Shown here one piece after another: positions 46,176-56,712 of a stretch of DNA of 64,000 nt (position 1 is the stretch's first letter; each line of letters starts with the position of its first letter). The DNA lies in the IMG/VR virus record IMGVR_UViG_3300047499_000113, positions 1 through 64,000 of that record; one strand, given 5' to 3'. The position numbers and the translations under genes were made by a program. The notes under the pieces were generated by a model that was given only the letters and a program-made list of their open reading frames with translations, had not been told where the DNA came from and ran no database searches.

Positions 46176-47363
46176 CTAACCGCGCAGCAGAAAGCCCGGG
46201 TTGCCTGCGAAGAGGAGATTCTGCTGCGGATTTCCCTGGTTCAGGACGGTCAGGGGGTTCGGCAGGCCGATGATCCGTGTCAGCTGGACGGGGGTGCGAC
46301 TTCTCGACACCACCGAAGCGGACACGAGGAACGTCGTCGGGTCGTCTTGCGCCTGCTGCGCCGACACGTTCGTGAGCTGGAGGGGGTATTCGGCGTCGGA
46401 CACCTGCTGGAACGGGAAGTTGGCGTCCTGGCGCTGCTTGATGTTCTGGTACGTAGCGAAAGCTGACGTAACATCCGACGTGAGCAGGGCACTCACGTTG
46501 ACCAAGCCAGTCGTCCCCTTTCCGCCGACGCGGTTGATGAGGTTCGACCCGAGCCAAGGCCACTTCCAGTGGGATCCTATCTGAGTGAACAGGAACTTGT
46601 CGAATTCCTGCGCCAGTAGATCTGCGTTCTCGACCGTTTCGTATGTGCTGTTGACGATGTTGTAATCGAACTCGATGCGGATGCCGAAGCACCTGCGGCA
46701 TTGAGAGGCCGTCGTCTGGTAATTCGCTTGGACGATGGGCTGGTTACCGCGCAGGGGCTCGGACAGCTGAATGATGCGATCGGTCTCGAGGGGCGAGAGG
46801 GGATCCCTGGCTAGACCCCAGCTCGGGAAAAGCTTGTACCCCGACACGACACGCCCAGGAATGATTCCGAGCGCGCTGTAGGCCCCGAGCGTCCTTGCCG
46901 TCGTGATGAGGGAGCTGGTTTTGTCCGACCATCTCGGGTCGACGAACGTGAAAGCCCGGCCGTTGATTGGCGTCGGAGTGCTCACGATGACACGGTTGTT
47001 CTGAACCGCGGCCAGGAGACCGCCCGGGAGCTTTCCGTTCAAATCCGCGGCCAGGTCGTTAGCGCTGACCGAAACTCCCGGGTTGAGCTGGATGAAGAAC
47101 GGAGTCTCCTGTCCGAGCTGGAAGTAGAACATGTCGCTCTGGCCGGAGATGATGCGATACGGCGCCGGGTTGGAGAACGGAAGGCTCGCCGTCGAATAGA
47201 GACCAGTCTGCGGAACTTGGACCCCGTTGATATACAGGGTCACGAGCTGACTGAACGGCGGCCTCTGGAACCGAATAGTAGTCTGGAACGTCGGATCGAG
47301 CGTGACCGTCTCGAACAGCACTTGGTGAGGACAGGGCTTCTCGAGAGCGAAGTCGAAGCTCAT
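46176..47363 (-). CDS. Baseplate protein with C-terminal gp25/GPW-like domain
   Basis: LLAQEFDKFLFTQIGSHWKWPWLGSNL resembles the gp25 motif; CPH and CRRC Cys motifs; lies upstream of baseplate J. Confidence 0.7.
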   Translation of the reverse strand: MSFDFALEKPCPHQVLFETVTLDPTFQTTIRFQRPPFSQLVTLYINGVQVPQTGLYSTASLPFSNPAPYRIISGQSDMFYFQLGQETPFFIQLNPGVSVSANDLAADLNGKLPGGLLAAVQNNRVIVSTPTPINGRAFTFVDPRWSDKTSSLITTARTLGAYSALGIIPGRVVSGYKLFPSWGLARDPLSPLETDRIIQLSEPLRGNQPIVQANYQTTASQCRRCFGIRIEFDYNIVNSTYETVENADLLAQEFDKFLFTQIGSHWKWPWLGSNLINRVGGKGTTGLVNVSALLTSDVTSAFATYQNIKQRQDANFPFQQVSDAEYPLQLTNVSAQQAQDDPTTFLVSASVVSRSRTPVQLTRIIGLPNPLTVLNQGNPQQNLLFAGNPGFLLRG

Positions 47364-48098
47364 TAGAACAACCTCTGGTTGTCGGCGTCAGCTTCCACGA
47401 TCGTGTTCGGAGCGGAAGTATCGCCTGGCCTGCCGATGTTGAATCCGAAAATGTCGGCCAGGTCCTCCAGGACGTTCATGGCTCCCGGGCGGTGGAACAG
47501 AGTTACCAGATTGGCGATCTGGCCCTGCACGTCGTTCGTCGTGCCCGGAGCGATCATTGCAGTGAGCAGGTCAATCTCTATCTGCAGCTGGTCCGAGTAA
47601 TCGAGGGCGCGCTTGATCTTGAACTCGATGTGCTCGCGCTTCCTCTTGATGGACTCGAGCTGCCACTTCTTGAACTGCTCCATCGGGTAACCGAGGTCTC
47701 GGTCGAACCTCTGGTTGCCTCGGTACTGCTTACCGTTGGAGAAAGAGTCGGAGAACCCGAGCTGCGCAATCCCTGATGCGTCATCGGTGTCGATGGGCGG
47801 ACCCGGCATGAGATACACAGGGTCGTCGGACGTACGCAGTAGAAAGTCGCGCTCCGGGAAACCACCCAACGCCCGGTACGCCTGCAGGAGCTTCGCGCCG
47901 TGACTCGTCGCGGGCGTCACCGTGAAAGACAACGGCGTGTTGTCGGAGTTGTACTGGGTACTGAAGAGTCCGACCGTGGCCTGCTCCCGTTGAAGCCACG
48001 CGATGCGCGCACCAATGTCCGGGGCTTGGATAAGTGCGTATTGTCGCAGCTCTTCCCACTGGCCAGTCGTAAAAGTCCCGTAGAAAGTTAAAAGCCAT
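47363..48098 (-). CDS. Conserved-looking tail/baseplate protein with apparent +1 frameshift after codon 5
   Basis: ATG GCT TTT AAC TTT C TAC GGG ACT...: ATG 48098 is one base out of frame with the long ORF; removing one base gives MAFNFYGTFTTGQWEE (244 aa). Confidence 0.55.
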
Positions 48099-48105
48099 CG
48101 AGCTA

Positions 48106-48798
48106 CTACCCCACCTGTCCCTTTCTTCTCTGGTGGATGCATAAGCCTCCACCAAGATGTTTGCTGAAATTGCAGTTCCAGCAAAGCAGTTGGAATAAAG
48201 AGACGGTGACCGTCCCGTTTAAAATTTTCAAGTAAAGGTCTGTACTTCCACGTGGAAGACTAGTTTGAATGTTACCATCATTGGCAACATGATCTACTGT
48301 TAGCTTCAACAAATTAGGTTCTGAACAACAAGTGCATACTCCACCAAGAAGCTCAATGACTTCTTTTTTGAGTCGGGCCCGCCTGAGTCGACGATTTTGG
48401 TTTCGGATACTTTTGCTAAAGAAAGACCTGTTAATTAGGTCATCAGAGTCATTACAACTGCGACAGAGGATTCGATATCGGGCTTTATCTGCAGTACCAT
48501 TTAGAATAGCTCTTTTGATCTGATCGGGGTGGCGAGTCGCCCTCTCTACATGGCCATCATTATGTACATGATCGATGGTCAAGAATTCTAGCTCATACTC
48601 TCCACAATCAGTACATGACCCGCCCAAGAGAGCGAAGCATTCGGCTCTCATAGTAGCATTTAACTCACGGATTTGACGAGCTGAGCACGGAGCACAAACC
48701 CGTCGAGTTATGGCAGCTTTCCGACTATGCCTAAAAAACCCATTGGGGGGCTCTGGCGCCCCACAATATCGGCAAGTTTTTTGAGCTAATAAGGCCAT
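48106..48798 (-). CDS. Free-standing tandem (double) HNH homing endonuclease-like protein
   Basis: Two copies of LGG-x-C-xx-C-x-E...LT(I/V)DH...DG...LC-xx-CN; N-terminal CxxC pairs; visibly AT-rich versus flanks. Confidence 0.85.
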   Translation of the reverse strand: MALLAQKTCRYCGAPEPPNGFFRHSRKAAITRRVCAPCSARQIRELNATMRAECFALLGGSCTDCGEYELEFLTIDHVHNDGHVERATRHPDQIKRAILNGTADKARYRILCRSCNDSDDLINRSFFSKSIRNQNRRLRRARLKKEVIELLGGVCTCCSEPNLLKLTVDHVANDGNIQTSLPRGSTDLYLKILNGTVTVSLFQLLCWNCNFSKHLGGGLCIHQRRKGQVG

Positions 48799-48814
48799 CT
48801 CTACTCCACACTAC

Positions 48815-51151
48815 TCATAGCTGGCCAGCGCTCATGATGAAGGCGAGTGCCTGGAAGGCAGCGATGAATCCCTGGCCCGGACCTCCGAACGTCATCACCA
48901 ATCCTGAGTGAAGCCCGAACGGAGAAGTTCCGGGCTTGCTTCCCGAGGCAATGAGAGCTTGAGCCAAGTCGTCGGCCGAGCCGTTGACGTTACTATATCC
49001 CAGGATGGATAGATTTAGCGTGATGTCGAGCAGCTCCAGAAGTTGCAGGATCGTATTCAGAAGGTCCTCGATCTGCTGAATCTTCTGAATAATGGTTTGG
49101 ATGATGGCTTCGATCTCGGCGATGATGCTTTGAAGCGCCTTCATCAGAGCGAGCAAGAACTGCTCGAGGTCGTAGATGAATGGGATGAAGGCAGGGAACA
49201 TGTCCCCCAGCGTGACCGAGTACCACGACAGATACCCGACGCCAGCTGTGGCGCTCACACAAGTCGTCAGGAACTGGGCGAGTGCAGTGCGCTCTTCGGC
49301 GGAGACCGAGATGTCGCCCGAATTGCCAAAGGTGTAGCTTGTGCCTACAGGCAACGGGCCAGTGAGTGGTTTGCCAGACGCATAAGTCTGCTCCTGCGCC
49401 AGGTACGTCGCAATGGCTGCCTGGGACGTGGGGCTGTAGCCGTTGACGATGCCTGGGAATTTCCAGGAGACGGCCGGACCGGGACGGTTACTCGCCCCGG
49501 CCGGCGAAATCTTGGCCAGAACGGTTGTGGTCGCGTTTGGATTTGTTCCGCCCTGCACGCCAAGGATTTTGTCGATGGTGTGCGAGAGAGGCTGCTGCGA
49601 ACCGTCGTTGTTCTGGACTTTGGTGTTCCACTGCTTGGCCAGAACGTTCTGCAGCTGGACGTTCATGTTGGCAAGTGCCGAATTCGACAGACGCCGACAA
49701 GTTGACTGGAAGATGATGTTCCCGAAGATGGCTTGGGAGTCATTGACCGCCTTCTTGAGCGGTCCCATCTGGCCGGCGAGCTGGCCGATTGTGCCCCAGC
49801 CGGTCTTCTGCTGCTGCGTGAAAGGACTGTCGCCCGACTGCGCCGGCGGAAGCTCGAAGTTGAGCAGAACCGCTGCCTGGACTGCGTCGTTGATATTCGT
49901 GTACGGGTTGAAGTTCCCGGAGTCAGGCCAACCCGGAGGGACCATGCCTTTGACCACAGGACTTGGCAGTCCCATGATGACGCCATCGCCGTACCGGATG
50001 AATACCTTGTTGCCGGAGTCCTTGCGCAGAGTCGGGTCGTTAGCGACCGCCTGCACGGCCGACATGATCGCTTCTTGCTCGAGAAAGGCGTTGGACGGGT
50101 CGCCTGTGACGAGGGTGCTCGTGGCCAACCAAGCGCTCGGAGTTCCGAAGTACGCGCGGACTCTGTAGTAGTAGACCACGCCGGCGACGAGATTCGGGTC
50201 CTTGTCGACGTAGCGATATGTGCCAGTTGCGAACCCGGACGCCAGCTCTGCACCACTGACAACAACCTTCGTCGCGAAGTTGCGATAGACGTTGCCATTT
50301 TCTTCCCGCATGTCCACCATGCCGGTGGGCGTCGGGAAGTTGTACTTCTGCATCAGCGGGGTGAGCTGCGTATTGCTGATGCCGTTCTTCGGCTCCACCA
50401 TGACGTTTTCGCCGGTCGGAGTCGTGCTGCGCTCGACGACGAATTGTGGGAACCGGAAAGCGTTGACGAAACTCGTCAGGTGCGAGATGAAGCTCGGTTG
50501 GTTGACGCCGAGAGGAGCATTAGGCATTCTCCACTCGAGAACCAACTGCTTGGCGTAACTCTGCGGACCCGAGCCGATGCTCGAGAACAAATCGGCGAAC
50601 TGCTGCACAGCATCGCCGCTCTGGAAGACCGGCTTGACCGTCAGCTCCACCGGCGCAGGTAGCGCCATCAAGAAGTTCGGGTGCTTGAAGAAGTTCAGCA
50701 GCGCCAGGAGCTGCGTCATCAAGTCGCCTGGCGAGTCCTCCCCAATGTAGAGGATGAGCATCGCCACCGCGGACCCCGGCGGATACCTCGGCCGGAAGAT
50801 GTCCGACGAATCGTAGAACTTCGCGAAGACCTTCGACTGAAACGCTGGATACGAGCCACTAACCGACTGGAACACCGCCCCAATGTCTTGTGCTCCAAAG
50901 TTTGGATGCACGAGCAATATGGCGAAGCCTGTGGCTTGTAGCTGATTGATTATCGCTCGGACCGCGGCAAGCAGCAGAGCGATCAGGGCCAGAATCGGAT
51001 TGAGCAGGTCGAGAAGGAACGCCTTGATAAGGTCCAGCAGAGCCTCGAGGATGGCCTGCACAGTCTCCAGGATCTGCAGCGCCGCTTGAATAGGCGGGCG
51101 GAGCGGCGCAAACGGATCGAAGTGGATACTGAGTGTGGACCAGTCAGCCAT
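48815..51151 (-). CDS. Baseplate-region structural protein (778 aa) with amphipathic helical ends and FN3-like segment
   Basis: Leu/Ile heptad-rich N- and C-termini; YRYVD...GVVYYYRVRA. Confidence 0.7.
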   Translation of the reverse strand: MADWSTLSIHFDPFAPLRPPIQAALQILETVQAILEALLDLIKAFLLDLLNPILALIALLLAAVRAIINQLQATGFAILLVHPNFGAQDIGAVFQSVSGSYPAFQSKVFAKFYDSSDIFRPRYPPGSAVAMLILYIGEDSPGDLMTQLLALLNFFKHPNFLMALPAPVELTVKPVFQSGDAVQQFADLFSSIGSGPQSYAKQLVLEWRMPNAPLGVNQPSFISHLTSFVNAFRFPQFVVERSTTPTGENVMVEPKNGISNTQLTPLMQKYNFPTPTGMVDMREENGNVYRNFATKVVVSGAELASGFATGTYRYVDKDPNLVAGVVYYYRVRAYFGTPSAWLATSTLVTGDPSNAFLEQEAIMSAVQAVANDPTLRKDSGNKVFIRYGDGVIMGLPSPVVKGMVPPGWPDSGNFNPYTNINDAVQAAVLLNFELPPAQSGDSPFTQQQKTGWGTIGQLAGQMGPLKKAVNDSQAIFGNIIFQSTCRRLSNSALANMNVQLQNVLAKQWNTKVQNNDGSQQPLSHTIDKILGVQGGTNPNATTTVLAKISPAGASNRPGPAVSWKFPGIVNGYSPTSQAAIATYLAQEQTYASGKPLTGPLPVGTSYTFGNSGDISVSAEERTALAQFLTTCVSATAGVGYLSWYSVTLGDMFPAFIPFIYDLEQFLLALMKALQSIIAEIEAIIQTIIQKIQQIEDLLNTILQLLELLDITLNLSILGYSNVNGSADDLAQALIASGSKPGTSPFGLHSGLVMTFGGPGQGFIAAFQALAFIMSAGQL

Positions 51152-51318
51152 TACTTCCTCAAGCTATCGCGAGCGCCGACCATGCGCTGCAACTCGGCCT
51201 TCTTCTCCTTGAGCATGTCATCGAGTCTGTCCTTAACCACCGTCAAAAGTTCTCGAACACCCTTGAACGAGACCTCTTGGTTGTGTTTCCACTCGGGCGG
51301 CTTGGGTGCTTCAGGCAT
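51151..51318 (-). CDS. Small coiled-coil protein (55 aa), not in ORF track
   Basis: AGGAG RBS, ATG 51318; MPEAPKPPEWKHNQEVSFKGVRELLTVVKDRLDDMLKEKKAELQRMVGARDSLRK; TAATG overlap with the next gene; fills the gap exactly. Confidence 0.75.
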   Translation of the reverse strand: MPEAPKPPEWKHNQEVSFKGVRELLTVVKDRLDDMLKEKKAELQRMVGARDSLRK

Positions 51319-51327
51319 GACTGACTC

Positions 51328-54300
51328 CTAGGTTGGCAGCGATTGAATGATGAGGAGTTTCTGCTGATTTGCCACGAGGTTCGCCGTGTTGACGATGCGC
51401 TGAGCCATGGCTTGAACCTGCTGCACAAGCAAGCCGCTCTGCTTGTCGGTGCGTTGCTGGATCCACAGATATCGGGCGTTGTAGAGATTATCTCCAGATC
51501 CGAGCAAGCTCTCCAGGGCTTGGATGAAGCCTGTGAGGGCCGTCTGCCTTGTCTGGACGATAGGGAGTCTGTTCTGCGCGTTCGCAGCAGTGATGGTGGT
51601 TTGCCAAGCTTGCGTCTGCTGATAGAACTGCAGCGTCGACGCAAGGAAACTCGAGGCGAACTGGAACTCCGGAGACGACAAGAACGACCAGGGCTGGAAA
51701 ATGATGTACGGGGAGTTCGCCGACAGAGACGGGAACGCAGCAGGGAACGGGGACCCGGGGTTTATCGTGACCGTGGTGTTGGTCAGCGAGGCAATGGCGT
51801 AGAGCCCTTGGTTGGGACCCGATGTGACGTACAGGTAGCTCCCGCTCGTAATGGGCGGCTCCGCCGTGGAGAAGTTAGCACTTGGGTCGCTCAGCACCGT
51901 GGCGCTCGAGGGCGTCGCAGTGGAGCTTGCCGCTTGCTGCTGACCGTAGGACCGGATGGCGATGTCGATGGAGACAAGCTCCGAGTTGATGGTGCCGATG
52001 AGCTGCGGCGGGACGGGCTGCAGCTCGGTGTTGACGTTCAGGACCTTCAACTCTCCGTCGACGATCTTGTTGATGTCGCCCGCCACGAAATCGATGGCGT
52101 AGTAATCGTGGCCTATGGCGTCGCTCAGAGGGAAAGCGGGGCTCACGGTGAACGACGTCGGACCGATGATGGTAGCGACGACACTCTGCTGGCCAGCGTT
52201 CGGACCGTCGATGAAGATGATGGTCTGACCCACTGTGGGTTGCGCGTATGGATTGGGAGCGATGGCGAATATGGTGGTGCCGCCAGCTACGCCGCCGAAC
52301 CCAATCAGAGCCAGAGTCGTGATCTCGTAGCTGAGATAGTCGGCTTCTCCGATGCGGTTGACTGGAGGATTTGGGAGTCGACCGTCATCGTTCGTGAGTT
52401 TGCCGTCGAGCACAGGGATGCGACGAGGAGTCGTATCCGAGTTCACGAAAGTCACGCTGCAGTCGACCAGCTCGTTGCCGTTGACGGTCGTCTGGCCCGA
52501 ATTGAAGGGCGGAGGCAGGGCTGAGTTGTGGAACGTGCCATCGTCATTGTTGACGCTGAAGTCGCGTCCAGGAACGTAGTATGGCCCGGACTGACCGGTG
52601 TCGATAGACACGCCACCCTTCTGCATCGTGACGGAGGTGCCGGACACGACGAGCGTCCAGTGATTATTCGTGTCTGGGCCCGAGATGCTCGAGATGGTAC
52701 CTTCCGCTCCGTTGGGAGAGCCGTCCGGATTGTAGAACTGGACTTTCTTGCCCGTGGCAAACATGGGGATGAGGTTCGACGTGTCGCCATTGGTCGTAAC
52801 GACAGCCGTGGTATTACCGCCACTCCCCACAGCCGACACAACCGGCGAGTACGCGGCCGAACCCTTCGTCGTCGAGACCGACGTGAGGTTGTTGATGTTC
52901 GTGCTACCGATGGTCGTCCCGAAATAGAACGGAACGAGAGAGAACTGTGTTTGACCGTTCAGAGCCACAGTAACGAACGGATCAGCTGTCGGATAGATCC
53001 GTGACAGGCTGTTGGGCTCGTACATGTAGCCGTAGACGGGCACTTCCTGGAAGACGAGCGGAGGTCCGAAACTCGTCAGCTGCAGATTGCTGTAGAGGAC
53101 GATCTTGTCGTCGATGTCGTTGGTGATCTGCGCGTACGTCGTGACGACGTTGCTCTCTCCGCTGTAGCGGAATTTGCCACTGAGGCCGCCCACCACGCGG
53201 CCGTCGAGGTCACCCAGGATGTCCTCATAGTTGTTGATGAGGGTGTTGTAGAAGAAGAGGAGCCTCTGGACAACGATGTCTTCGTTGCCGAGATGCTGCT
53301 CGAGCCAATAGAGGCTCTGCGTTCCCTGGTCCTTCGTGGCAGGAGAGGACTGGCTTTGAATGTTCGGGCCAGAACTGCTTGTGGCGGTCTGTTGGAGCAG
53401 AGCCGTGACGATCGGAATGTACGAGACGATCGTCTCCACGTTGTAGAAGAACGTGTCGGGAGAATAGAGATCGTAACTTTCGGCCAGATTTTGGCCGAGC
53501 ATTCCGTTCGATTGACTCGGAACTATGAGGCACGCGTAGTTGAATGAGAACTGAGTCCCGGTGGGTTGCGACGAGCGAGCCACGTAGAGAACGCTCAGAG
53601 TCGACCCATATCCGATGGCCTTGTTGAGCGTGATGGTGCCGCCGTCCGCAACCGTGTAATCGATTCCTTGACGGAGGACAGCCGGAGATGCTCCTCCCTG
53701 CACGAGCGTGAGCGGGAAGGTCAAAGTCGCGGTCTCCGACGTCTGAAACGCCGTCCCGGCCTGGCCCACGGGCCGCACAGTGTGCTGCAGAGTGGAAATG
53801 ATGTAGTTTCGGAGCGCTTTGTCCGCGAGAGTCACGGACGAAACATTTTGCGTCGGATCGTAGGTCGAACTCAGGATGAGATACGGGTCCCCATCGATAA
53901 GAACAATCGTGTTTTGTTGGTAGCTCGCCGTGACGTCGTCGCTGATGCTCAGCACGTTGGTGTTGTTCGCCAACATGTCGACCGCGTTAGTCTCGGTCAC
54001 CATGTACGTCGGCGCATTCGATCCGGCGATCGGAGCGCAGAACTGGACGGCGGTGGGCGCGCTCCCGGGCTGCCCATTCGTGTAGTTGCATGGAGCGAAG
54101 TTGAACTGCACGGTCGTCGTATCGGACGACGCGTTGTAGGTGACATCGCCGATCATGACGATGTCTATCTTGTTGATCAGAAAGGCTCCTCCCTTTTGCA
54201 GGATGGAGGTCTGGTTCCCGTTGAACGTTGCCGATGTGGCGCCCGCAGAAATTTGCGGGTAGTCGACTGAAATCGGACTGTTGACCAGTGAGAAGTTGGT

Positions 54301-56697
54301 GTTGCCTCCTGGAGCCTCAGCGACGTAGTAGTCGAGGACCACCACGTTCGACGACGTCAGTATCTGGTTGTAGCTGAGGGTACTGGGAGCGATGAAGTTG
54401 AAGGATGTAGGATCCTGCGTGACGCCATCGATGTAGAGCGTGATGCCCTGGCCCGTCTGGACAGTGTTCCCGTTGGGGTTGAACGTGATGACGCTCGTCC
54501 CGGGAACGAAAGTCGCCGTCTCTTGCCGGATCTTGAAGGCCGCAAGTTCGGTGACGGGAGTCGGAGTGACAGTGACCCCATTGTCTGGCGACTGTTGCCA
54601 GATATAGGAGATCTTGTAGACGTCGCCAGGCTGCGCCGGCGTCGTCAGGTTGACTTGCCCAGTGTTGATGAAAACGGAGAACTGCGATGGGTCGAGCGCA
54701 GTGAACAAACCGTTGACGCTCTTGGCCTTCGACAAGGTGAAGGTTCGAAGCGGCGGATTGAATGCGGCGAAGAATCTGTCCGCGATGATCTCACGGTTGG
54801 CGCGTACGTCAGCGTTGGTCGCGCCGACGGACACAAACGGAGGGTCTACCAGCAGGGTGTGCGAGTTCTGAACGCCAATGATGGAGTAGAGATTGACGTT
54901 CGGGCCCTGCGCCACCAATAGAAACATCCCGACATTGGAAGAGGTGAAGTTCGCTGTCGGGGCCACAAAGGTGTTGGGCAGCGTGACTGTCCCAGCGATG
55001 TTCAGGATGTTGCTCGGGTCATCTTCACCGACCGGCTGCAGGAAATCGAGAGTGCCGGCGTTCGGATCGAAATTGAAATCGATATTGGGCGTGAGAGGAA
55101 CGGGACTGGTCTGACCAGGGAGTTGTCTGGTGACTTCGAATCCATCGGCCAGGACTGCGGAGTCTGCCAGCTTGATCGACGATGTGGCTGCCTCGAGCGT
55201 CTGCGTGACAGTCTTCCGGATGGTGAATTTAACCTGCTTGTTGTCGAGGTCGAGAGCATATCCGAGGGCCTGCTGAGTCGGATCGGTCGCGTCCACGAGA
55301 GGGCCAGTAAACGTGCCTCCTCCAGTCGCCTGCTGGACCGCGAAAGCGAGCTGCGAGTCCTGAAGCGGAATGGTTGGCAGCATCACGAATGGAGAGGCTG
55401 TCATCCCGGCTTGAATTACTTGGTTCTGCACCAAGTACAGATTCGTGAAATCCGGCGTCTGCTCCGGTCCTCCGCCGTTGACTCCGCTTCGATAGAACTG
55501 CACGGCCACGCCGCGCTCCATGTTGAGCACGCCGTCGATGAACCAGAAAATGAGACCGTTCAGATTCTGCGCGTCAGTCTGGTTGATGTAAATGTTGCCG
55601 TTCGAGACGTCGATGAGGACTTGTCCCTGCGATGGGCCCGACAAACCTCCTTGCGACGAATTCCCGAGCACCACTATGAAGTAGTATCTCGGAGCGTTTG
55701 CCGGTTCGGCGAAGAAGATGTAACGAGATGAGTCGAGCGACGTGTTGGCGAAGAGCGGGTTGATGCCTATCGGATTGGGGTAGAAGGTCGACGTGCCGTT
55801 GATGATGCCAACGAGCGTCCGGGTGAAGGTGAGTTGACCGAGAGTGACTCCGTCGTAGTAGGCGCTCCTGCCCGGATTGGCGACTATGTCCGCCGCTGCG
55901 AACAAGACTCGTCCGGTATCCTGCGCCCAAGCGACAGAACCCGCAGGAGGCGCGACCATGCTCGCCTCGGTTGCGTACGGGATCGGAGTCAGGTACGGCT
56001 CGTACCTGATGCGAATGCGCGGGATTTGTCCAGTGCCGGGAATCGGATTGAGGTAAAGAAAATAACTCTCCGATCCCGAGAGCGGGAGCTGGCCGATTAT
56101 TCCCTTGGATTGACTCCTCGGAAAGAACGCTTGCTGAGAAACGTAGACCGACTGGCCTTTGTACGACGCGTTGGCCAGGTCCACGGTCCCGAAATTCAGG
56201 TTGCCGGTGCTGAGAGCGAGCTGAACAGTGCCAGCCGGAGGATTTGTGAAATCAGCATTCGACTCAACTATCTGAACTGTGAAGACAGTCTGTCGCGGAA
56301 TGCCGATGAAGATGTAGTAAGGAGCCTCTGCCGGCGAAACCGTTTGATCGGGAATGGGCGCGACGAGAGCTGGCGAATTGCCAAACGTGCCGATGTTGAA
56401 CGGCGGCCCTCCCGGCAGCGTGTTCCAGCGCCGAGAAAACATGTCGTAGTCGAACCTAGTGACGGTCGCATTGTTGCGGCACCAGAGAATGGAAAGATTC
56501 GGATCGGCGATCTCGATGCCCTTCGTCCCGGCAGTCTGCCCAGCCACGAAGAGCATGTACTCAGCACGGCCCAACGATTCGGAGTTGTCCAGAGCAGTCT
56601 GATCCGTCACATACGTCCGTGGCGGAAACGTAAACGGACTGTTGCCACTGGCGACGCGGATACCCTCGAGAAGGCAGCCGCTCGTGTCCAAACTCAT
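51328..56697 (-). CDS. Giant baseplate/virion structural protein (1789 aa)
   Basis: Long beta-rich ORF in the baseplate operon; repeated G-x-(V/L)-x-(F/L) and GPN-x-G modules. Confidence 0.75.
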   Translation of the reverse strand: MSLDTSGCLLEGIRVASGNSPFTFPPRTYVTDQTALDNSESLGRAEYMLFVAGQTAGTKGIEIADPNLSILWCRNNATVTRFDYDMFSRRWNTLPGGPPFNIGTFGNSPALVAPIPDQTVSPAEAPYYIFIGIPRQTVFTVQIVESNADFTNPPAGTVQLALSTGNLNFGTVDLANASYKGQSVYVSQQAFFPRSQSKGIIGQLPLSGSESYFLYLNPIPGTGQIPRIRIRYEPYLTPIPYATEASMVAPPAGSVAWAQDTGRVLFAAADIVANPGRSAYYDGVTLGQLTFTRTLVGIINGTSTFYPNPIGINPLFANTSLDSSRYIFFAEPANAPRYYFIVVLGNSSQGGLSGPSQGQVLIDVSNGNIYINQTDAQNLNGLIFWFIDGVLNMERGVAVQFYRSGVNGGGPEQTPDFTNLYLVQNQVIQAGMTASPFVMLPTIPLQDSQLAFAVQQATGGGTFTGPLVDATDPTQQALGYALDLDNKQVKFTIRKTVTQTLEAATSSIKLADSAVLADGFEVTRQLPGQTSPVPLTPNIDFNFDPNAGTLDFLQPVGEDDPSNILNIAGTVTLPNTFVAPTANFTSSNVGMFLLVAQGPNVNLYSIIGVQNSHTLLVDPPFVSVGATNADVRANREIIADRFFAAFNPPLRTFTLSKAKSVNGLFTALDPSQFSVFINTGQVNLTTPAQPGDVYKISYIWQQSPDNGVTVTPTPVTELAAFKIRQETATFVPGTSVITFNPNGNTVQTGQGITLYIDGVTQDPTSFNFIAPSTLSYNQILTSSNVVVLDYYVAEAPGGNTNFSLVNSPISVDYPQISAGATSATFNGNQTSILQKGGAFLINKIDIVMIGDVTYNASSDTTTVQFNFAPCNYTNGQPGSAPTAVQFCAPIAGSNAPTYMVTETNAVDMLANNTNVLSISDDVTASYQQNTIVLIDGDPYLILSSTYDPTQNVSSVTLADKALRNYIISTLQHTVRPVGQAGTAFQTSETATLTFPLTLVQGGASPAVLRQGIDYTVADGGTITLNKAIGYGSTLSVLYVARSSQPTGTQFSFNYACLIVPSQSNGMLGQNLAESYDLYSPDTFFYNVETIVSYIPIVTALLQQTATSSSGPNIQSQSSPATKDQGTQSLYWLEQHLGNEDIVVQRLLFFYNTLINNYEDILGDLDGRVVGGLSGKFRYSGESNVVTTYAQITNDIDDKIVLYSNLQLTSFGPPLVFQEVPVYGYMYEPNSLSRIYPTADPFVTVALNGQTQFSLVPFYFGTTIGSTNINNLTSVSTTKGSAAYSPVVSAVGSGGNTTAVVTTNGDTSNLIPMFATGKKVQFYNPDGSPNGAEGTISSISGPDTNNHWTLVVSGTSVTMQKGGVSIDTGQSGPYYVPGRDFSVNNDDGTFHNSALPPPFNSGQTTVNGNELVDCSVTFVNSDTTPRRIPVLDGKLTNDDGRLPNPPVNRIGEADYLSYEITTLALIGFGGVAGGTTIFAIAPNPYAQPTVGQTIIFIDGPNAGQQSVVATIIGPTSFTVSPAFPLSDAIGHDYYAIDFVAGDINKIVDGELKVLNVNTELQPVPPQLIGTINSELVSIDIAIRSYGQQQAASSTATPSSATVLSDPSANFSTAEPPITSGSYLYVTSGPNQGLYAIASLTNTTVTINPGSPFPAAFPSLSANSPYIIFQPWSFLSSPEFQFASSFLASTLQFYQQTQAWQTTITAANAQNRLPIVQTRQTALTGFIQALESLLGSGDNLYNARYLWIQQRTDKQSGLLVQQVQAMAQRIVNTANLVANQQKLLIIQSLPT

Positions 56698-56712
56698 GCG
56701 GAGACCCTACCT

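Noticed and set aside
48100-48815. Group I intron around the HNH gene
   Set aside because: Only about 16 nt upstream and 7 nt downstream of non-coding sequence; the upstream gene ends normally, so there is no room for a ribozyme core.
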